DNA of 64,000 bases from an uncultured Nitrososphaerota archaeon (lineage in GTDB: Archaea; Thermoproteota; Nitrososphaeria; Nitrososphaerales; Gagatemarchaeaceae): NCBI GenBank assembly GCA_963703285.1, contig OY969807.1, positions 288,001 to 352,000 on the forward strand, read 5' to 3'. Under the pieces are notes generated by a model. The model searched no databases and had not been told where the DNA came from. It saw nothing but the letters and a program-made list of their open reading frames with translations. Shown here one piece after another: positions 57,341 through 64,000 of this stretch (the stretch's first letter is position 1; every line of letters starts with the position of its first letter). The translations under genes and the position numbers were made by a program.

Positions 57341-57443
57341 ATCCTGAGAGCATTGCCGCTCTCATAAGGGCCACCCGAGTATTCGTCCCTCGTCCCTTCA
57401 CTGGAACGATTAAAGCCACATCGTCCGTGCACCCGGCTCGGCA

Positions 57444-58700
57444 TTGAAGCTAAGCCTGGGCGGGAACCTCGCGCACCACAGGGACTTCGCGAGGCTCTGG
57501 CTCGGCGAGACGATAAGCTCATTCGGCGCGCAGTTCAGCTCCATCGCCATCCCCGCTCTCGCCATACTCCCCCCGTTCAACGCGCCTCCCCTCTACGTGG
57601 GCCTACTCACGTCCCTGGCGATCTTGCCCTACCCCCTCTTTGGCCTCTTCGTGGGCGTCTGGGTCGACCGGTTCAGGAAGCGGAGGATAATGGTCGCCTG
57701 CAACGTCGGGAGGATGGCATCGCTCGCCACGATACCGATAGCCGCCGCTCTGGGCCGACTCACACTCGACCAGCTCTTCGTGGTCGCCTTCGTCACAGGT
57801 GTCTTCTCGGTCTTCTTCGACATCTCATACCAGGCGTTCCTGCCTATTCTCATCGAGAGGAAGGACCTGATCGAGGGGAACCAGAAGCTCCAGGTGAGCG
57901 CCTCGGGGGCGTCGGTGGCGGGGCCGCCCGCCGCTGGCTTCGTATACGGCCTGATTGGTGGCGCCCTCACGTGCCTTGGCGACGCCATCGGCTATGCCAT
58001 GGCCGCGCTTGCGCTGCTCGACATCAGGCGGGTCGAGGAGAAGCCGAAGGCCCCCCGCCGCGACTTCTTCCTGGAGATGAGGGAGGGGCTCCACTCGGTG
58101 CTCTCGAACCGCCTGCTCTGGACCATCGCCGGGAGCACGGCCACGAGCAACCTAGGCTCGTACATGGTGGGAACTCCCCTGTACATCTTCGTGCTCAGGG
58201 CGCTCCACCTGTCTGTGTTTGACTATGGGATTATCGGCGGGTTCGGGGCGCTGGGCTTCGTCACCGGCGCGATCGTCGCGGCGAGGTTTACTCGAGTGTT
58301 CGGGCTCGGGAGGACCCTCGCGGTCTCCGTCTCGGTTGCGGGCCTCGCCGTCCTCTATCCGTTTATGAGGTTCACATATCCCATCGTCTTCGCGTCCCTC
58401 ATCGCGTTCATCATAGGGACGAGCTCTCCCATCTACAACATCGGCCAGGTCAGCCTGAGGCAGGCGATAACCCCCAACAGGCTCCAGGGCCGGATGAACG
58501 CGACCATGAGGGTAATAGTCTGGGGGACCATCCCTGTGGGTTCGATCCTGGGCGGCTATCTCGGGGGGGCCATCGGGCTTGTCGACACGATGTACCTGGG
58601 CGGGGCCGTGGCCGCAGCGGCGGGCCTGTGGATAGCGCTCGGACCGGTGGTCCGGCTGAGGACGCAGCCAGAGCCTCTCGAGGAACCGCCCGGCTCCTAA
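57444..58700 (+). CDS. MFS transporter (DHA3/H+ antiporter-like)
   Basis: FARLWLGETISSFG; GVWVDRFRKRR; LQGRMNA. Confidence 0.88.
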   Translation: MKLSLGGNLAHHRDFARLWLGETISSFGAQFSSIAIPALAILPPFNAPPLYVGLLTSLAILPYPLFGLFVGVWVDRFRKRRIMVACNVGRMASLATIPIAAALGRLTLDQLFVVAFVTGVFSVFFDISYQAFLPILIERKDLIEGNQKLQVSASGASVAGPPAAGFVYGLIGGALTCLGDAIGYAMAALALLDIRRVEEKPKAPRRDFFLEMREGLHSVLSNRLLWTIAGSTATSNLGSYMVGTPLYIFVLRALHLSVFDYGIIGGFGALGFVTGAIVAARFTRVFGLGRTLAVSVSVAGLAVLYPFMRFTYPIVFASLIAFIIGTSSPIYNIGQVSLRQAITPNRLQGRMNATMRVIVWGTIPVGSILGGYLGGAIGLVDTMYLGGAVAAAAGLWIALGPVVRLRTQPEPLEEPPGS

Positions 58701-58762
58701 GGGACTCCGTCCGTGCGGAACTCATTTAAGCAGAGAACGGGGCCGCGGCCACAGCAAGCAGA

Positions 58763-59620
58763 ATGGCTTCGAAGGCCCTGATTGTCGGACTGGTCTCCCT
58801 CGTCGCAGGAGCCTCGATAGCGTTCTTCAACATGTTCAGGTGGTCATCCGCCCAGGACTCCATTGGCTACGCCGCGAAGGACCCCGGGGCCGTGGTTCTC
58901 GAGTTCTACCTTGCTCAGGCCCTCTCCACGGTCCTTGTGGTCGTTGGGCTTTACGTCGTCTACAAGTTCATCCTCACGAGGCGCGGGGCGGCGAGCCCCA
59001 CCATAAGGTCGGTCATGGGCGAAGCGCTGAGCTCCAGAAGGGCGCTACGGATTGCGACCGTCGTCGCAATCCTTTATGGCATCATCTATGCGTTCTTCTC
59101 GAGCCTGCTGACCTTTCAGCCGACCGTGGATTTCGCCAAGGCCTACGGTGTCACCCAGCCGAGTTGGGTCTACTTGACTTGTTGCGGCGACACGGGCACA
59201 GTCCCCAAGCTGGTGGTCTACCTGTCTCCTTGGCTGCACCTGGGGATGGTGATCCTGCCACTCACCCTCCTCTTCGTCTTCGTCGTACCCCTCCTCTTGG
59301 GGTTCAACGTCGCGCTCAGCTACTACGCCTTCAGGCAATCGTCGTTTCCCATGTCGGAGCGCTGGATTCTGGGCTCGGGGGCCATCGTGGGCCTCTTCAC
59401 TGCTTGCCCGACGTGCGCAGGGCTCTTCCTCGCCAGCTCCATCGGCGGGATCGGCACTACGCTCGCCATCGCCCTCGCACCCTACCAGCTCCTCTTCGTC
59501 GCCGTAACCATCCCCGTCCTCCTCGTAGGCCCGTTTCTCACCGCCCTGACCGTCAAGCGGTCATACGAGGCCTCGTGCAGGGTCCCCGGCGCGCCCGCCA
59601 CAGGGAAGGTGCGGGCCTGA
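58763..59620 (+). CDS. Multi-TM membrane protein with CC and CPTC motifs
   Basis: About six TM helices; TCCG; FTACPTCAG. Confidence 0.7.
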   Translation: MASKALIVGLVSLVAGASIAFFNMFRWSSAQDSIGYAAKDPGAVVLEFYLAQALSTVLVVVGLYVVYKFILTRRGAASPTIRSVMGEALSSRRALRIATVVAILYGIIYAFFSSLLTFQPTVDFAKAYGVTQPSWVYLTCCGDTGTVPKLVVYLSPWLHLGMVILPLTLLFVFVVPLLLGFNVALSYYAFRQSSFPMSERWILGSGAIVGLFTACPTCAGLFLASSIGGIGTTLAIALAPYQLLFVAVTIPVLLVGPFLTALTVKRSYEASCRVPGAPATGKVRA

Positions 59621-59675
59621 TACAGTTAAATCGCCTTCCGGAGGGCTCCGCCAGATTCAAAGGACCGTATTGTGA

Positions 59676-60536
59676 ATGACGCTTAGGGACTACCTGCGCC
59701 TCGTCAAGCCGAGGATCATCCCGCTCCTGGTGCTCGTCGCTCTGGCCTCCGCAATAATCGCCGGGAGGTCGATCCCCTCAGCGCGGACCCTGGCGGGTCT
59801 GGTCGCCGGGGGGACGTTCACCTCTGCGGGGGCGCTGGCGACGAACAGCTACCTCGAGATCGGGGTCGACTCCATGATGAAGCGCACGAAGGGCAGACCC
59901 CTGCCCACCCGGCAGATACCCAAGTCGCACGCGCTCGCCTTCGCCGTCGCCCTCCTCGCCCTCGGGATCCTGGTGGCCTTCCTCACGCTGAACGTCTACG
60001 CGACGGTCTTCATCGCGCTGGGGGCCCTCGTCTACATAGAGATCTACACCATCTGGCTGAAGCCGCGCACGACGTGGAACATCGTGCTCGGCGGCTTCGC
60101 CGGCAGCTGCGCCGCGCTCGCAGGTTGGTACGCAGTCACCTTCGCCGACCCGCTCATAGCGTGGGTGCTCGCGGCGCTCGTCTTCGTCTGGACCCCGAGT
60201 CACTTCTGGTCGCTCGCCGTGATAACGGAGTCGGACTACTCGGCCGCCGGGATACCCATGCTCCCCTCCGTCGTCGGCAAGAAGAGGGCCGCGCAGTTCA
60301 TAGTCGCCAACACGCTGCTCCTCATCCCCATCAGCCTCCTCTTCTACCTCTACCTCTCCGGGACGGGGGGCATAGTCTACCTCGCCGGCGCAGTCATCTT
60401 CGACGGCGGCCTCCTCGCCACGAACATCAAGCTGCTCCTCGCTCCGACCAAGGAGAACGCCTTCCTCGCGTTCAAGTTCTCCAGCCCTTACCTCGCGGTG
60501 ATCTTCGTCCTCGGCTGCGTCGCGGCGATCCTCTAG
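59676..60536 (+). CDS. cyoE: Heme o synthase (protoheme IX farnesyltransferase)
   Basis: LVKPRI; D..MKRT..RPLP; YT.WLK.RT; WTPSHFWSLA. Confidence 0.93.
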   Translation: MTLRDYLRLVKPRIIPLLVLVALASAIIAGRSIPSARTLAGLVAGGTFTSAGALATNSYLEIGVDSMMKRTKGRPLPTRQIPKSHALAFAVALLALGILVAFLTLNVYATVFIALGALVYIEIYTIWLKPRTTWNIVLGGFAGSCAALAGWYAVTFADPLIAWVLAALVFVWTPSHFWSLAVITESDYSAAGIPMLPSVVGKKRAAQFIVANTLLLIPISLLFYLYLSGTGGIVYLAGAVIFDGGLLATNIKLLLAPTKENAFLAFKFSSPYLAVIFVLGCVAAIL

Positions 60537-60577
60537 AAAGTTATAACTAATCTGCCGGGGGCGCGGCCGAGACGGCC

Positions 60578-61072
60578 ATGAGCCTGGGGAAGTATCTCGT
60601 CTACGCAACGATACTCTCGACCTTCGTCCTGATAGTCTGGGGGGCGTACCTCACCGCAGGCAACTACGGGGGCGACTGCGGGACTAGCTCCGGCCTCGTC
60701 AGCGGCGACTGGCCGTTCTGCAACGGGTCCCTCGCGATACCCAACCCCGCCGTCAACTACGGCGCGCTCGTGGAGTACATCCACAGGACGCTCAGCGTGG
60801 TGACGACGGTCTTCCTCGTCGTCACGCTGGTGGTGGTCTGGAGGATGAAGCCGCGGCCGGTCGAGCCGGCCAGGGCCCTGCTGCTCGCCATGTTCCTCCT
60901 GCTCGTCCAGATAGCGCTCGGGGACTTCGTGATAAACTCCAACCTCAACTCCGTCGTCACTGCGATCCACCTCGCCAACGCGACAGCGCTCTTCGCGGTC
61001 ATTGTCTTCGCCGGGACCCTGATGTACGTGCGCGAGAGGGTCCAGACGCAGCCCGGTGTGACCGGAAAGTAG
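60578..61072 (+). CDS. COX15/CtaA family, half-size heme A synthase-like
   Basis: C...DWPFCNG; EYIHR; QIALG; AIHL; four TM helices. Confidence 0.8.
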   Translation: MSLGKYLVYATILSTFVLIVWGAYLTAGNYGGDCGTSSGLVSGDWPFCNGSLAIPNPAVNYGALVEYIHRTLSVVTTVFLVVTLVVVWRMKPRPVEPARALLLAMFLLLVQIALGDFVINSNLNSVVTAIHLANATALFAVIVFAGTLMYVRERVQTQPGVTGK

Positions 61073-61099
61073 AAGGGCGCGAGAGCCCCTCCCGCCCGC

Positions 61100-61582
61100 A
61101 TGGCCGAGGGTCCCAAGTTCATCGCGGACGCCATGCTGGGGAGCCTCGCGAGGAAGCTCCGTATCTTCGGCTTCGACACGGTCTACTTCCGGGAGGGTCC
61201 AGACAGCGACCTCGAGCGCATCGCGAGGAGCGAGGGGAGGGTGATACTCACCTCCGACAGGGCCCTCCTGGAGCACTCGAGGCGGCGCGGCCTTAGGGCT
61301 CTCTGCGTTACAGGGAAGAGCGAGCGCGCGAGAATCGAGCGGCTCCGCGAGGAGGCCCGGGCCGCGGGGACGGAACTCAACCCTGGCGCGCCCCGGTGCG
61401 CCCTCTGCAACCGCGTCCTCGCTAGGGTCGCGAGGGCCGAGGTCGAGGCGGACCTCCCTAGCTCCATAGCGAGGCGCCACAGGCTCTACTTCAGGTGCAC
61501 CGGCTGCGACAAGTTGTACTGGAGGGGAAGGCACTGGTCGCGGCTGCGGGGCCTCTCGTCGCTGATGGCAGGGCGACAATAA
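61100..61582 (+). CDS. Mut7-C RNase domain protein
   Basis: FIADAMLGSLARKLRIFGFD; RC..CN; C..C.KLYW.G.HW. Confidence 0.9.
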   Translation: MAEGPKFIADAMLGSLARKLRIFGFDTVYFREGPDSDLERIARSEGRVILTSDRALLEHSRRRGLRALCVTGKSERARIERLREEARAAGTELNPGAPRCALCNRVLARVARAEVEADLPSSIARRHRLYFRCTGCDKLYWRGRHWSRLRGLSSLMAGRQ

Positions 61583-61613
61583 CAATTTATGCGGACTCCG
61601 GGTCGCCGCGTCC

Positions 61614-62216
61614 ATGGCCCTCACAGGTGAGCAGGGTGAGGAGATGGTCCGTCTCGCGAGGGCGACCGTCGACGCCTTCGTGAGGGGGGAGGATATAGCA
61701 GGCGCCTACGCGCCGACGGGGGACTTCCTGCAGGAATCGCGGGGGGCCTTCGTCACGTTGAAGCGGCAGGACGGCGAGCTCAGGGGCTGCATCGGTTTCA
61801 CCCAGCCAATAATGCAGCTCGGCGAGGCGATCAGGGAGGCCGCCATCAGGGCCGCGGCCTACGACCCCCGCTTCCCGAAGGTCGAGCCTTCAGAGCTCGA
61901 GGGGCTGCTCGTCGAGGTGAGCGCGCTCACCAGGCCAGAGAGGATAGCGGTCAAGTCCCCCAAGGAGCTTCCCAAGCACGTCCGCATAGGAGTGGACGGG
62001 CTGATAGTCAGCTCGTTAGTGACCAGCGGGCTGCTGCTGCCGCAGGTGGCGACGGAGTACAAGCTCTCCGCCGAGGACTTCCTCGTGCAGACGTGCCTGA
62101 AGGCGGGCCTTCCTCCCGACGCCTGGCTGACCGACAAGGTGAAGGTCGAGAGGTTCCAGGCCGAGGTCTTCTCAGAGACCTCGCCGAGGGGGAAGGTCAA
62201 GCGCGAGCTGGACTAG
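61614..62216 (+). CDS. AMMECR1 domain protein (TIGR00296-like)
   Basis: GAFVTL; LRGCIG; DPRF; GLLLPQV; CLKAGL. Confidence 0.92.
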   Translation: MALTGEQGEEMVRLARATVDAFVRGEDIAGAYAPTGDFLQESRGAFVTLKRQDGELRGCIGFTQPIMQLGEAIREAAIRAAAYDPRFPKVEPSELEGLLVEVSALTRPERIAVKSPKELPKHVRIGVDGLIVSSLVTSGLLLPQVATEYKLSAEDFLVQTCLKAGLPPDAWLTDKVKVERFQAEVFSETSPRGKVKRELD

Positions 62217-62273
62217 GGACGAAGCTGCCCGCATACCGTCCCCCGTCTCTGGCCGCGCGCACCGGACCGGGCC

Positions 62274-63266
62274 CTAGGTCTGGATAGAATCCAGGACGGC
62301 GTTCTGGTCCGCCTCGAGTCCCCCGAAGGACCTCGTGGTGAAGGCCGTCTTCCTCCTCGAGACCTTCAGCCCGGCGACGCTGTCCGACGGCTTGGTGCGG
62401 AGGCCCAGCTCATCGAGCTTCGCCCTCACCTCGGGCTCCTGGAGGAGGAGGAGGGGGAAGAGGGCGGACTTGTAACGGCGCAGGAGCCCCAACCCCCCCG
62501 CCCCCCTGCACTGCGGGTGGACTCCGGTGAAGGCTTCCGCGTTCGCGCGCTCAAGCCACGCCGCGACGCGGTCGCCTGTCGGGCCGTCCCCTTCGAGCAC
62601 CGTCAGCGTCAGGTTGGACGCGTCCATCCTCCTCGAGAGCTCGGCGTAGAGGCGGGCGACCTGCCTGAGCGACTCGTCGTCGTCCCTCGCGTGGACCATC
62701 GTAAGTGTGTAGCCGGAGACCGCGGCCATCCAGGCGGTGACGGAGCTGTGATACCCGCCCGAGACGAGCACCGATGCCCTAAGCTTGCGCGACGTCGGGA
62801 CGCCTCCCACCCCCTCCCTCAGCTGGACGCCGCAAGCTCCGCTCCCTCCCACCATCACGATCCTGAACCGGACCCTAGGATTCTTCTCGTCCACCGCGGT
62901 CCCCCCCGCCGCCTTCAGGATGGCCGTCGTGGCCTCGATCAGGACGTCGCCCTCCTCCTTCCCCCTCCCCTCCACCTCGGCGGTCACCTTGAAGCTCTCC
63001 CCCGGCCGCAGGTATCTCGAGGCGAGGACGGAGAGCCTGTCGATGCACGACTCGAACGACCCGAATTCGTAGCCGACCGCGATCCACGCGATCCCCGGGA
63101 GGTGCGCCAGCCTGCGTGCCACGGCGATGGGGTCCTCGCCCCGGACCGTCAGCGACCTCGCGCCGTTCGTGACACGCGCCCCCCTGGGGAGCTTGGACCT
63201 CGTCGTTCTCGACAGGTCGCCCAGCGCCCCGCGTCCCGTCCATCCCAGTATGGCTGCGCCCTTCAA
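62274..63266 (-). CDS. ThiI-like THUMP-domain protein with degenerate PP-loop
   Basis: LAHLPGI; SFKV; VDEKNP; GVGGVP; LVSGGYHSSV in place of SGGIDSPV. Confidence 0.65.
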   Translation of the reverse strand: MKGAAILGWTGRGALGDLSRTTRSKLPRGARVTNGARSLTVRGEDPIAVARRLAHLPGIAWIAVGYEFGSFESCIDRLSVLASRYLRPGESFKVTAEVEGRGKEEGDVLIEATTAILKAAGGTAVDEKNPRVRFRIVMVGGSGACGVQLREGVGGVPTSRKLRASVLVSGGYHSSVTAWMAAVSGYTLTMVHARDDDESLRQVARLYAELSRRMDASNLTLTVLEGDGPTGDRVAAWLERANAEAFTGVHPQCRGAGGLGLLRRYKSALFPLLLLQEPEVRAKLDELGLRTKPSDSVAGLKVSRRKTAFTTRSFGGLEADQNAVLDSIQT

Positions 63267-63330
63267 GACTCCAGCGATGGGTGCACGACGTTTTTAAGCC
63301 GATTAGGGGCGCGCCTTCAGGAGCTACTCG

Positions 63331-64000
63331 ATGGAGAGTCAACCAAAGCGCGTGCGGGTCAGACAGGTCTTCGGCTCGAACGCCGGCGAGGCCGTCGAGG
63401 TCAGGGGATGGGTCGCCTCCAAGAGCGCCATCGGGGGCCTCGTCTTCGCGGTGGTAAGAGACGGAACGGGGTACGTCCAGGTCTCGGCGAAGGGCGGCGT
63501 CACACCACAGGAGCCCATGGACGCCATCAGGTCCGTCACCAAGGAGTCGGCCGTCTCTGTGACCGGGATCGTGAGGGAGGACAAGCGCGCCCCCGGGGGG
63601 AAGGAGATTTCCGTCCGCGGGTTCAGCGTCCTCTCTCGGGCCGAGACGTGGCCCATCACAAAGACTGCGGCGAAGTCCGCGTCCTACCTCTATGACATCA
63701 GGCACCTGAGCATAAGGAGCAGGAAGGTCGCAGCGACTATGAAGATACGGAGCGAGATCGTCGCCGCAACCTTCGACTACTTCCGGGCCGGAGGGTTCAC
63801 CCTCATCAGCGCCCCGTCCTTCGTCCAGGCGGCAGTGGAAGGCGGGTCCACGCTATTCGGGGTCGACTACTTCGGGAAGAAGGTCTACCTCAGCCAGAGC
63901 GCACAGTTCTACGAGGAGGCGGCCCTCGCAGCCCTGGAGAAGGTCTGGATCTACCAGCCCGCGTTCCGCGCCGAGAAGTCGAGGACCCCCAAGCACCTCA
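63331..64000 (+). CDS. asnS: Asparagine--tRNA ligase (3'-truncated by window edge)
   Basis: Hand translation: VRGWV; RDGTGYVQ; RHLSIRS; VEGGSTLF; YLSQSAQ; FRAEKSRTPKHL. Confidence 0.85.
   Translation, partial: MESQPKRVRVRQVFGSNAGEAVEVRGWVASKSAIGGLVFAVVRDGTGYVQVSAKGGVTPQEPMDAIRSVTKESAVSVTGIVREDKRAPGGKEISVRGFSVLSRAETWPITKTAAKSASYLYDIRHLSIRSRKVAATMKIRSEIVAATFDYFRAGGFTLISAPSFVQAAVEGGSTLFGVDYFGKKVYLSQSAQFYEEAALAALEKVWIYQPAFRAEKSRTPKHL

Overview
GC-rich archaeal chromosome segment. Evidence: a BHB-intron tRNA-Tyr with C1:G72, ribosomal protein L13e and TATA-box promoters. A non-ammonia-oxidising Nitrososphaerota-like lineage is my inference. Most of the window is housekeeping: hisC, lhr, ggt, a split-MetE/MTHFR operon, guaB-guaA-add, tkt/rpe/tal, sod, ogg, cyoE/ctaA and asnS. 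Main finding: an intact RNA-guided nuclease TnpB (52644-53816) sits alone in a 1236-bp element. The element has 25-bp GGTTCT-starting terminal inverted repeats and an exact 8-bp target-site duplication (AAAGTAGC). This is the footprint of an IS6-type DDE transposase, not of the HUH or serine enzymes that normally move TnpB. The same window holds an IS6-family cargo transposon with 52-bp GGTTCTG TIRs, a SWIM/Zn-ribbon/DDE transposase, five cargo genes and an orphan third end. Other points of interest: tandem Tat-exported gluconate-dehydrogenase-like pairs on coiled-coil stalks that share a perfect 258-bp promoter+leader, a MetE-core::DUF4346-like fusion, three probable CTG starts, a codon-mosaic sod, a two-intron tRNA next to a free-standing LAGLIDADG gene, and several unannotated zinc-finger microproteins. 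All family calls come from motif recognition by eye; no searches were run.
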